NCBI RefSeq assembly: GCF_000237865.1
Contig: NC_017459.1
Coordinates: 810,001 to 842,000 of the forward strand
Origin: Haloquadratum walsbyi C23
Lineage (GTDB): Archaea; Halobacteriota; Halobacteria; Halobacteriales; Haloferacaceae
DNA length: 32,000 bases
Direction: 5' to 3'
In this document: positions 8,949-18,146 of the stretch, piece after piece
Position numbering within the stretch: position 1 is the first letter of the stretch
How the letters are laid out: each line of letters starts with the position of its first letter
Made by a program: the position numbers and the translations under genes
The notes under the pieces: model-generated
What the model saw: only the letters and a program-made list of their open reading frames with translations
Told to the model about the DNA's origin: nothing
Databases searched by the model: none

Positions 8949-10280
8949 CTACGCATCGATATCGAATGGATTGACCAACTCAATCGTCTCAGCACGGTCT
9001 GGTCCAACGCCAACCGCGTAAATCGGAGTGTCGAGTTCGTTTGTGAGATATTCAAGATACTGCTTTGCATTTGCCGGAATCGCCTCGTATCCTTCAGTTG
9101 CGACATCACTCCATGCAACACTATCCCATGGATCAAATGATCGAAGATTTGGCTCGCATTCTGCCCATCTTTCTGTTGTGGCTGGTATTGTGAATTGCTC
9201 CTCGCCATTGAGGTCATATGAGTGACCAACACAGACTTCATCAAGTCCAGCGAGCACATCAATATGATTTATTACAAGTCCTGTGAATCCATTTGATCGC
9301 GTTGCATGTCGGAGCATTGGAATATCAAGCCATCCGATTCTTCGGGGACGTCCAGTTACTGTTCCGAATTCACCGCCCTTCTCTCGGATATGATCTGCAA
9401 GCGCCTCATCAGTACCCGTTAATTCTGTTGGGAGCGGTCCGGTTCCGACTCGCGAGAGATATGCTTTGATGATTCCAACAACCTCTCCCTGACCAATAAC
9501 TGTTGGACTGATACCTGTCCCAGTTGCTGCCCCACCCGCTGTTGGGTTTGATGAGGTAACATACGGGTAAATTCCATGATCGATATCAATCGATGTCCCT
9601 TGTGCACCTTCGAATAGAATCGTTGAATCATGATTGAGGTGCTCGTTGAGGAACTCACCCGCGTTGACTGTCATATCTTCCTCAGTTAGTCGCTTCCCCA
9701 GTTGACGATATTCAGAAAACAGCGATTCAACATCAAATGCCTCACTCGTGTCAACCCCAAATATACTCTCGGCGAGTGCACGCTTTTGGGGGACGACATA
9801 CTCAAGTCGATCTCGAAGGACACTTGGGTCAAGTAAGTCTCCAACACGGACTCCTCGTCGACCCACCTTATCTTCATACGTCGGTCCAATTCCGCGACCA
9901 GTCGTCCCAGCCTCAAGATCGGAGTCTGATTTAGCGTCTTCTTCAATTCCATCAAGAACCCGATGATATGGCATAATGACATGTGCACGGCGAGCAACAC
10001 GGACATCTGGTGTAAGCCCGCGCTCACGGAGCTCATCGATCTCGGAAAATAGTGTTTTAAGATTGATGACACATCCATTGCCTAGCACACCAACTTTGTC
10101 TCGGACTGCCCCGCTCGGAACCAACGACAACTTATACTCATCACCGTCTTCAACGACGGTGTGGCCCGCATTGTCGCCGCCTTGATACCGTGCGACGACA
10201 TCGGCGCCGCCTCCCCATAAATCAACGAGCGCACCTTTGCCCTCGTCTCCCAATTGGGAGCCGACGATTGTAACGGTCAT
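8949..10280 (-). CDS. purA: Adenylosuccinate synthase
   Basis: Motifs QLGDEGKGALVD, GGDNAGHTV and TTGRGIGPTYEDK. The ORF is open to GTG 10349, but I placed the start at the ATG giving MTVTIVGSQLGDEGKG. Confidence 0.95.
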   Translation of the reverse strand: MTVTIVGSQLGDEGKGALVDLWGGGADVVARYQGGDNAGHTVVEDGDEYKLSLVPSGAVRDKVGVLGNGCVINLKTLFSEIDELRERGLTPDVRVARRAHVIMPYHRVLDGIEEDAKSDSDLEAGTTGRGIGPTYEDKVGRRGVRVGDLLDPSVLRDRLEYVVPQKRALAESIFGVDTSEAFDVESLFSEYRQLGKRLTEEDMTVNAGEFLNEHLNHDSTILFEGAQGTSIDIDHGIYPYVTSSNPTAGGAATGTGISPTVIGQGEVVGIIKAYLSRVGTGPLPTELTGTDEALADHIREKGGEFGTVTGRPRRIGWLDIPMLRHATRSNGFTGLVINHIDVLAGLDEVCVGHSYDLNGEEQFTIPATTERWAECEPNLRSFDPWDSVAWSDVATEGYEAIPANAKQYLEYLTNELDTPIYAVGVGPDRAETIELVNPFDIDA

Positions 10281-10475
10281 ATACGGTGATTCTACATGCC
10301 AGTTGAAACCCATTACGACTTCATCTATCGATGAGTGAAAGAGTCTCACTCATCTAGCAGTTGTCCTAAAGTACCACGAGTCGGGTGACGCGTGAAACTC
10401 TCGCTGTGTTCTTTAGATTATATTCTGTCTAGTATGAAATTTGATTCAGCTGTTTGCCGGACTGTCCGCGTCGGT

Positions 10476-12080
10476 TTAATCGTGTCTGAAGCAACGCCGA
10501 CCGGTGAAAACCATCGGTATATCATGCTCCTCACAGGCAGCGATCACCTCATCATCGTTTACCGATCCTCCAGGCTGAATCACAGCCTCAATGTCGGCGT
10601 CAGCAGCGGTTTCAACGCCATCGGGGAATGGAAAAAACGCATCGGAAGCCATTATACTCCCCGCTGGTTCCCCGTCTTCAGCGTGTTCTGTGGCTTTCAT
10701 CACTGCTAATCGAACAGCATCAACACGCGATACCTGCCCCATCCCAATACCGACAGTTTCGGTTCCATCCGCAAGAATAATTCCATTTGACTTGACATGT
10801 TTTAGTACACGCCATGCGAATTCCATCGTTGTCAGTTGCTCTTCTGTTGGCTCAACACTGGTGACCACCTCAAGATCATCTCGTGACGGCGCCCATGTAT
10901 CCTGTTCTTGCAGCAACCGTCCTCCAATAAGCGGTTTCGATATTATTGATTGTTGATCACTGGTTTTTTCTGATTCATCAATAGAATCCACCTCAAGAAC
11001 CCGAAGGTCCTCACGCTCTCTGAGCATATCAATCGCATTATCAGTGTATCCCGGAGCAACTACCACCTCTTTGAATGATTCAATAATCGCTCCAGCGGTT
11101 GCAGCATCGCATGTTCGGTTTAACGCGACGATGCCACCAAATGCACTCATTGGGTCAGTGGCTAGTGCATCTGCATATGCATCTGTTAGTGTCTCAGCAG
11201 TTGCACATCCTGCAGGGTTTGTATGCTTGATTACCGCTGCGGCTGGCTTCTTGAATTCCTGTACTAACCGTAATGCAGCATCAGCATCATTATAATTATT
11301 ATATGAGAGTGCTTTCGCCCCGTGATTCAATTGTGGTGCCCTCACAACACTTGGCTCAGACGCAGTCATATCAGCATACACAGCGGCTGATTGATGTGGA
11401 TTCTCTCCATACCGCAGTGCATCTACGCGATCACTTGATATGTGTCTTTTTTCGGGGAACTGATCAGCATCATCGATCTCAATGGAAACCGTTGGTGGTG
11501 TCTTCGAGTGATCGATTGTGACTTTATCATGACTAAATAGTCGAATCGCACGCGGATATGCAATGAATTCTGCCGTGGTGCGCACCCGCTGTTTTAATGT
11601 AGAAGGATCATCATCAGTTCGAACTGGAACAGACTCCTGGGTAATAATCGGACCATCATCGACAGCCTCTGTGACGAGATGCACAGTGCATCCTGTGACC
11701 CGAACATCAGCCTTAAGTACTCGCTCATGCGCGTTCAACCCTGGAAATGCTGGAAGTAATGATGGATGCACATTTAATACTGGTGGCGTTGACTCAATGA
11801 ACCTCTCAGTGAGAACTCGCATGTATCCATCAAGACAAATAATGTCGATATCGTACTGCCCGAGGGCATCGAGAATACGCTCTTCATGCTTTTCTCTGGA
11901 TTGTTTATCTGGTCGTTCAATGACTCCAGTCTGAACTTCACGCGCGGAAGCCGCATCGAGCACGGGCGCGTCCGCATCATTTGTCAGGATCACTTCGACT
12001 GTCGCGTCTCCGGGCGATTGATCCGCGATATGCAAGAGATTTCGACCGTGATTACTCGCTAACCCGGCAATCGTGAGCAT
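10476..12080 (-). CDS. purNH: Bifunctional GAR formyltransferase (PurN) / AICAR formyltransferase (PurH C-domain) fusion
   Basis: The N-terminal part is PurN-like (ICLDGYMRVL...VLNVHPSLLPAFPG...GCTVHLV). The rest is the AICARFT domain (LRYGENPHQSAA, LSYNNYNDADAA, KHTNPAGCA, FFPFPDGV). No MGS-like IMP cyclohydrolase domain is present. Confidence 0.9.
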   Translation of the reverse strand: MLTIAGLASNHGRNLLHIADQSPGDATVEVILTNDADAPVLDAASAREVQTGVIERPDKQSREKHEERILDALGQYDIDIICLDGYMRVLTERFIESTPPVLNVHPSLLPAFPGLNAHERVLKADVRVTGCTVHLVTEAVDDGPIITQESVPVRTDDDPSTLKQRVRTTAEFIAYPRAIRLFSHDKVTIDHSKTPPTVSIEIDDADQFPEKRHISSDRVDALRYGENPHQSAAVYADMTASEPSVVRAPQLNHGAKALSYNNYNDADAALRLVQEFKKPAAAVIKHTNPAGCATAETLTDAYADALATDPMSAFGGIVALNRTCDAATAGAIIESFKEVVVAPGYTDNAIDMLREREDLRVLEVDSIDESEKTSDQQSIISKPLIGGRLLQEQDTWAPSRDDLEVVTSVEPTEEQLTTMEFAWRVLKHVKSNGIILADGTETVGIGMGQVSRVDAVRLAVMKATEHAEDGEPAGSIMASDAFFPFPDGVETAADADIEAVIQPGGSVNDDEVIAACEEHDIPMVFTGRRCFRHD

Positions 12081-12480
12081 AATCGTCGGAGTTCACGCAG
12101 GTTGTAAGTCAGTTCCGGTCTCGTCATCATACATATAAAACCGAATGTAATTATCATCTGTATTGAGCGAATTTCATCAACCTGTATGTATACTGGCGCT
12201 GACCGAGACAAGAATATCTCATAGACCGTCTAGAAAGTTGACTGGAGTAGTTGGCATGAGACTAATTACGGCATGGATGCGGTAGTATGTCTGTGGATAG
12301 CTGGTGAATCGCCTGCAGCGGCTTACCTGCTATGTGTGAACGATAAATAATAGATCGTCTCCTCTGTGACTGCAAAGCGTGCCATAGGTATAGATAAGTT
12401 AGTGGACTCGTGGCAATTCATCCCGATATTGTATCAGCAGCATCGACATCCTTTTTGAGATACCACCGGCATCTCAGCAC

Positions 12481-13902
12481 ATGGATAATCTTTCACGTGA
12501 TAACCCACTTGCAGCGGTCTCACCGCTTGATGGGCGATATTCATCGCGGACTGCGCCACTTGTCTCACATACAAGTGAAGCAGCACTCATGCGTACCAGA
12601 CTCCGCGTTGAGATTGAGTATCTCTATGCACTTGATGCGCTTGAGCCAATCTCATTTTCATTAGATCCATCTGATCGTGATACCCTCAAGACAACCGTCA
12701 ATTCCTTTGATGGCGATGATGCGGCAATGATCAAACAAATTGAGGTCGAGGGTGCGGCAGGCTATAGCGCGACCAATCACGATGTTAAAGCGATTGAATA
12801 CTTCCTCCGAATACAGACACCATCATATATTCACCCGTGGATTCATTTTGGACTCACCTCAGAGGATATTAATAATCTATCTCACCGACTTCTAATACGC
12901 TCAGGCGTGAAGAACGTACTCGTGCCAGCGCTGAGGTCACTTCGTGATGAATTAGTGTCGCTTGCACAGGAGTATCGAAAGACGCCAATGCTGGCTCAAA
13001 CACACGGGCAACCAGCGACCCCGACCACATTTGGAAAGGAGATGGCAGTTTATGCAACGCGTATCGGGACGGCTATTGGCCGGATTACAGATGCGAATGA
13101 TACATTGACAGGTAAACTCGCTGGGGCTTCAGGAACATATGCTGCACATGCTGCTGCTTACCCCGATGTCGACTGGCGAGCGTTTGCACAGTCGTTTGTC
13201 ACTGATCTTGGTCTCAATCATGTTAAATTGTCTACGCAAATCAATCCATGTGATGATCTAGCAGCATTATTTGATGCACTCTGCGGCGTAAATAATATGA
13301 TTATTGATCTAGATCGTGATGCATGGCTGTATATTTCTAATCGATATCTTGGTCAGCAAACAACCGCTGGAGAGACTGGGTCATCAACGATGCCACATAA
13401 GGTTAATCCGATTGACTTTGAGAATGCAGAAGGTAATCTTTCAAAAGCTACCTCTGATCTCCGATTTCTTGCTGATTATATTACCAACTCACGACTTCAA
13501 CGTGACCTTTCAGACTCAACTGTCAAACGCAACATTGGTGCTGGATTCGCACATGCTCTCATTGGATATAAAAAGACGACTGATGGGCTTCAGAAAGTGG
13601 TTCCAAACCAAACAGTAATGCAATCAGAACTTGAATCACATCCAGAACTAATTGGAGAGGCGGTCCAGACAATCCTTCGACGTGAGGGTGATGTCGATGC
13701 ATATGAACGCGTAAAGGAACTCACGCGCGGAGAAGATGTTGCACTGACAGATTTTCACGATCTTTTTGCGTCACTGTCAGTGTCAGAGTCTGTTCGTGAC
13801 GAACTACAGGCGCTATCACCACTGACCTACACTGGATACGCGAGTGAACTTGTTGATGAAGTCGATGAAACTACTGACGCTGGTGCACAGGACTCATATT
13901 AA
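12481..13902 (+). CDS. purB: Adenylosuccinate lyase
   Basis: 473 aa with the fumarate-lyase family signature GSSTMPHKVNP. A T-rich box (12453-12459) lies about 25 nt upstream of the ATG. Confidence 0.95.
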   Translation: MDNLSRDNPLAAVSPLDGRYSSRTAPLVSHTSEAALMRTRLRVEIEYLYALDALEPISFSLDPSDRDTLKTTVNSFDGDDAAMIKQIEVEGAAGYSATNHDVKAIEYFLRIQTPSYIHPWIHFGLTSEDINNLSHRLLIRSGVKNVLVPALRSLRDELVSLAQEYRKTPMLAQTHGQPATPTTFGKEMAVYATRIGTAIGRITDANDTLTGKLAGASGTYAAHAAAYPDVDWRAFAQSFVTDLGLNHVKLSTQINPCDDLAALFDALCGVNNMIIDLDRDAWLYISNRYLGQQTTAGETGSSTMPHKVNPIDFENAEGNLSKATSDLRFLADYITNSRLQRDLSDSTVKRNIGAGFAHALIGYKKTTDGLQKVVPNQTVMQSELESHPELIGEAVQTILRREGDVDAYERVKELTRGEDVALTDFHDLFASLSVSESVRDELQALSPLTYTGYASELVDEVDETTDAGAQDSY

Positions 13903-14042
13903 TGATATCAATTTGATATGAGCTATCAAGCTGGCAGCACGACACGTGGTTATATGTGTTCGATCATGATCTCTGAACATACGAAATCAATTTTTACTCA
14001 GAATAAAAGAAATCTTTTGTACACTGACTGTTTCAAGCATAT

Positions 14043-15122
14043 ATGCAAGCTATCGCAGTTTCACGTGATTCTAAGGGGCCAATTTGTATTGAAAAGCCTC
14101 GACCTGAGCCAGAACCAGGCGAGGCGCTCATCCGAACGCTCCGGGTTGGTATCGACGGAACCGATCATGAGATAATTGCTGGGTCCTACGGTGAGTATCC
14201 TGCTGATGAGGACCACCTTGTCCTCGGACATGAGGCAGTCGGTGTGGTCGAGGATCCAGGAACAACCGGTCTTGAACGTGGCGAAGTCGTAGCCCCAATA
14301 GTTCGACGCTCCCCAAATGGAGAATCTGTATATTTTGACCGTGGTGAACCAGACATGGCGCCTGAAGGCTCATATCATGAACGTGGCATTATCGGGTCTC
14401 ATGGCTACTTTTCTGAGTTCTTCACCTCACAAGCGCAGCATCTTGTTTCAATTCCATCATCGTTGGCTCAGGCTGGCTTTCTTGTTGAACCGCTCTCAGT
14501 CGTAAACAAAGCTATTGAACTCGCAACCGCTTCACGATCATCATTCACCTGGGAGCCAACATCAGCACTCGTCTTAGGCAATGGCAGTCTTGGATTACTG
14601 ATGCTTGCTCATCTTACTTCGACAGACACCTATGAGCGGTGTTACTGCCTTGGGCGTCGTGACCGACCAGATCCGACGATTGACATTATCGAGCGACTTG
14701 GTGCAACATATGTTGACTCTCGAAAAACCCCTGTCGATACGATTCCGTCTACATATGAATCGATGGACTTTATTTGTGAGGCGACCGGGCATGCTCCACA
14801 TGCGTTCAAAACGATTGATGCACTGGCGCCAAACGGTGTTGGTGCTTTGCTTGGAGTTCCTGAGTCATCAAGCTTTGAAATCGATGGCGGAGCGCTTCAT
14901 AATGAACTTGTATTGCATAATAAAGCGCTCATCGGCAGTGTAAACTCAAATATAACTCACTTTAAGACAGCGAGTGATGATCTCCAAACATTTCCAGAAT
15001 GGTTTATTGATTCGCTTATCACCGACGTATATCCACTCTCGGAGTTTCGATATGCATTCGATAATAACGACGACACCACTATAAAAACAGCCGTGCAACT
15101 CAGCGCATATGAAGAACGTTGA
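14043..15122 (+). CDS. gdh: Glucose 1-dehydrogenase (zinc-dependent MDR family)
   Basis: The N-terminus IEKPRPEPEPGEALIRTLRVGIDGTDHEIIAG...HLVLGHEAVGVV closely resembles characterised haloarchaeal glucose dehydrogenase. An A/T box (14010-14017) lies about 30 nt upstream. Confidence 0.85.
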   Translation: MQAIAVSRDSKGPICIEKPRPEPEPGEALIRTLRVGIDGTDHEIIAGSYGEYPADEDHLVLGHEAVGVVEDPGTTGLERGEVVAPIVRRSPNGESVYFDRGEPDMAPEGSYHERGIIGSHGYFSEFFTSQAQHLVSIPSSLAQAGFLVEPLSVVNKAIELATASRSSFTWEPTSALVLGNGSLGLLMLAHLTSTDTYERCYCLGRRDRPDPTIDIIERLGATYVDSRKTPVDTIPSTYESMDFICEATGHAPHAFKTIDALAPNGVGALLGVPESSSFEIDGGALHNELVLHNKALIGSVNSNITHFKTASDDLQTFPEWFIDSLITDVYPLSEFRYAFDNNDDTTIKTAVQLSAYEER

Positions 15123-15798
15123 TGATCTTATCGAAAATGCAGCTGAACTTGCTGAACGAGGGCTCTCAAAAGGTGAAATTGCTGATGAATTAAATGTCTC
15201 ACGAGAAACAGCTAGTTGGCTTGTTGAACGAAGTCAGCCAACCGATAACAGCCAATCGTCATCAGCGAACAATCCGACAGAAGCACATGATATTCACGTT
15301 GATTGGAGTGCTGTTGGGCGTGACTCAAAACGGCTTAGCTATATTGGACAAGCGATGGCTGATTTATTAATGAAGGAGGGTGAAGCGGTTGATCTAACAA
15401 TTGGGATTGAAAAAGCGGGTGCATCACTCTCGACCGTTGTTGCTCAAGAACTTGATACAGATCTTGGGTCATATGCACCTGCAAAGCACCAATGGGACGA
15501 AGGGGATATCAATGAACTTGGTGGATCATTCTCGCGGAACTTTGCACAGATTCGTGATCGTGACTGCTACATTGTCGATGATACAATTACTTCTGGCACA
15601 ACGATGCAAGAGACAATTGACGCGATTCGTGATGCCGGTGGTCGACCTGTTGCATGTGTTGTTGTTGTTGATAAACAGGGCGTCGATTCACTAGCCGACG
15701 TCCCTGTGTATTCACTTATCGATGTTGTCCGTGTCGATAGTGACACTAATGACCGTGACATATCCAATAAATCAAATTCGGCGCCACCTGATATATGA
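15109..15798 (+). CDS. gfcR: HTH plus phosphoribosyltransferase-domain regulator (PyrE-like, GfcR type)
   Basis: N-terminal HTH (LSKGEIADELNVSRETASWLV) and a C-terminal PRPP-binding motif (CYIVDDTITSGTTM). The ATG overlaps the gdh 3' end by 14 nt. Confidence 0.75.
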   Translation: MKNVDDLIENAAELAERGLSKGEIADELNVSRETASWLVERSQPTDNSQSSSANNPTEAHDIHVDWSAVGRDSKRLSYIGQAMADLLMKEGEAVDLTIGIEKAGASLSTVVAQELDTDLGSYAPAKHQWDEGDINELGGSFSRNFAQIRDRDCYIVDDTITSGTTMQETIDAIRDAGGRPVACVVVVDKQGVDSLADVPVYSLIDVVRVDSDTNDRDISNKSNSAPPDI

Positions 15799-15898
15799 AT
15801 TACTTCGAGTAATCAATTCGTGAGTACACCGAGAGAATGTCCCAGATCGAATCAACGTTGACACAATCCCTTTGTTATCTGAATTCATATGATGAGAT

Positions 15899-16246
15899 AT
15901 GACGTTTCAGCCTGGTTCTGAACTGAGCGATGAAGAGATCACGACCCGCGTCAATGAGACAATTGCGGATAATGATATTGCCCTCTTCATGAAAGGGAAT
16001 CGACTGATGCCGCAGTGTGGGTACTCACAGCGAGCGGTTAATCTCATTTCACAACATGTCGAGGAGTTCGAGACGATTGATGTCCTTCCTGCGCTCGACC
16101 AATATCGAAGTGCACTCGAGGATCACAGTGGATGGGAAACGATTCCGCAAACATATGTTGACGGTGAATTCATTGGCGGTAGTGATATTCTTGCTGAACT
16201 TGATGAACGCGGTGAACTCGCAGAAAAACTTGGTTTCGATGACTGA
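15899..16246 (+). CDS. Monothiol glutaredoxin (Grx4 type)
   Basis: 115 aa with a CGYS active site (LMPQCGYSQRA) and the motif TIPQTYVDGEFIGGSDI. Confidence 0.85.
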   Translation: MTFQPGSELSDEEITTRVNETIADNDIALFMKGNRLMPQCGYSQRAVNLISQHVEEFETIDVLPALDQYRSALEDHSGWETIPQTYVDGEFIGGSDILAELDERGELAEKLGFDD

Positions 16247-16286
16247 CCCCAGTCGGATGAGTATATAATTTAGCAAAATCAGAATT

Positions 16287-16294
16287 ATATGCTA
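16287..16294. repeat. Left copy of the 8-bp target-site duplication ATATGCTA
   Basis: Identical octamer at 17240-17247. Each copy directly abuts one of the terminal inverted repeats of the IS. Confidence 0.8.
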
Positions 16295-17239
16295 CGCTCT
16301 TCTCGATAAGCCGTAACATCAATCTTGCCGGCGGATCATTGATCAGTCAACGATGGATCAAGAGTCTGCTCAAGTCTTCCTTCCATCACGAGAACGCTGC
16401 TTTGAGCGTCTCCGTCTCGCCCGCTTCGGCGAGACGGTGACGTGTGTCCACTGCGAGAGTGATGCGGTAGTCAAGCGAGGAACCACGGGGAAAGATGCCC
16501 AGCAGTACTGGTGTAAAAACTGTGAGACATACTTCAACGACCTCACAGACACGATTTTCGGCCAACATCGCTTTGAGCTTGAGGAGCTGTTCTATATGGT
16601 CAAGGAGATGCGATCTGAGACGACTGCTCAGATCGCCCGTGATCTTGACCGTGACTACGAGGCTGTCCTTGATTTCGTTCACGAAGTCCAGGAGACAAGC
16701 GGTAACATCGGAGAATTCGAGCTTTCGGAGGTGTGCGAGGCCGATGAGATCTACGTGACTGCCGGTGAGAAAGGACGCGAGGACGAGGATTCGAGTCCGC
16801 GCGAGCGCGGACTAAAAAAAAGGGACGCGGTGACTTCGAGGGAGACAAACCACCAGTCCTGACACTCGTCCGTCGGTCTGACGGACGAGTTCGATTCATC
16901 GTCTGCAAGGATCTACAGGAAGCCGACGAAGAAATCGCAGCCTACGGCGATGGCAGTGTTATTCTCTGTACGGATGGCTACTCGATCTACGAAGATATCG
17001 AGGAAAAGGAGGGGGTGGACGGCCATCTGACCGTCACCCACTCCGATACCTACGTCATCGGTGACGCTCACACGAATACTTGTGAGAACCGGCATAGTTT
17101 CCTTCGCCAGTGGCTGGCGAACTTCAGAGGCGTCTCGAAGCATCATCTACAGAAATATCTCAACTTCCTTGCACTGAAGCTCAATTCACCCGAAGATTGG
17201 TTCGAGAAACTCCTATGTTACAATGTATCGGGATGAGCG
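16295..17239 (+). mobile_element. IS1595-family (ISH4-like) insertion sequence, 945 bp
   Basis: Imperfect terminal inverted repeats: 16295-16319 against the reverse complement of 17215-17239, 19/25 identical. There is a perfect 8-bp flanking duplication, a Zn-ribbon plus DDE transposase inside, and the block is GC-richer than its flanks. Confidence 0.85.
16353..17236 (+). pseudogene. IS1595/ISH4-type transposase split by a -1 frame change at an A8 run
   Basis: Frame 0 (16353-16862) carries the Zn-ribbon (CVHCES...CKNCETYF) and EADEIYV. The -1 frame (open from 16769, stop at 17236) carries GRGDFEGDKPPV, LCTDGYSIY and HTNTCENRHSFLRQWL. The two frames overlap across A8 (16814-16821). Joined, they give about 294 aa. 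Confidence 0.8.
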
Positions 17240-17247
17240 ATATGCTA
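17240..17247. repeat. Right copy of the 8-bp target-site duplication ATATGCTA
   Basis: Identical to 16287-16294 and immediately outside the right IS end. Confidence 0.8.
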
Positions 17248-17359
17248 AAACAAATATGCATATAACTCTCTCGCACATTATATAAGTGCGGGACCCATAT
17301 TATTGAATAGGTACCAACGTCGCGTTTTTTCATCTCGCACGGGTACCCGAAACGCAACT

Positions 17360-17929
17360 ATGTCAGGCCGTGTATACCGACTCCACTCGACACTAGAACT
17401 GCCACTCGAAGACGTCGAAGCGTTTCTAAACGGTGACCCGGACCTGCCCACCGAGATTGAATCAATTGAATTAACGCGTCGAAATAATACACTCATTCTG
17501 AAAGCCGTTGCTGCTGATGACAACCTCAGTAAGTACACACCAACTGCACAATTGAAAGCAAGTGTTACAGAAAATCGTGTGTATGAAGAAGAGCCACCCC
17601 GTGGCGGTAATCCACGGTGGACTGATGAAGAAGAAGAAGAAATTCCATCAGAGTTGGTTGAATTTGCTTGCTTCAAGGGTGACCGAGAGACAGTCCTTCA
17701 AAATACTGCACTCCAGTACCCGATGTTTCGCGTCTTCCGTCAGATTTCCCTTCTTGCAGAGAAGGGGACGCTTACTGCGATTACTGAGATAAATGAGGAA
17801 CTTTCCGCTCATCGAATCGTTGAAGGTGAAGAGCGACCAGCGACGATCGAAGTCGTTGAAAACCCCTCACAGAATGAAAATGGATCTGGCGGTGTAGACT
17901 GGCGTGATAACAAGTTCATCAGTGATTAA
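17360..17929 (+). CDS. Acidic hypothetical protein
   Basis: The ORF is open from 17303, but I took ATG 17360 (MSGRVYRLHST...) as the start. It has halophile-like acidic composition, including an EEEEE run. No family recognised. Confidence 0.65.
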   Translation: MSGRVYRLHSTLELPLEDVEAFLNGDPDLPTEIESIELTRRNNTLILKAVAADDNLSKYTPTAQLKASVTENRVYEEEPPRGGNPRWTDEEEEEIPSELVEFACFKGDRETVLQNTALQYPMFRVFRQISLLAEKGTLTAITEINEELSAHRIVEGEERPATIEVVENPSQNENGSGGVDWRDNKFISD

Positions 17930-18146
17930 TTGATTATTGCAGGTCCCGACAACCATCGCTTCGTACTGAACCGTTAATTACCTGTCACAAAACCTACTAT
18001 CATATCCTGAACTGGATGTGCTGAGGTAGGTTGAGGACAGTACCAACTCAGATGTATGCCTCTGACATTGCTAAACAATATTGTTATTCACTTATCTGGT
18101 ATCATTAGTCGGTGAGTATTTTTCACTCGTCTACACAAGACAACGT

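Noticed and set aside
13905-13919. 15-bp palindrome ATATCAATTTGATAT right after the purB stop
   Set aside because: It is AT-only, the central loop is too small for a stable hairpin, and such palindromes are frequent in AT-rich spacers.
16785-16802. tRNA T-loop-like GGATTCGAGTCC
   Set aside because: It lies inside the transposase reading frame and has no matching T-stem, acceptor stem or anticodon arm.
17278-17676. Minus-strand 132-aa ORF
   Set aside because: It is antisense to the acidic plus-strand ORF 17360-17929. Its product is Ser/Arg-rich and basic, which is atypical for this proteome.
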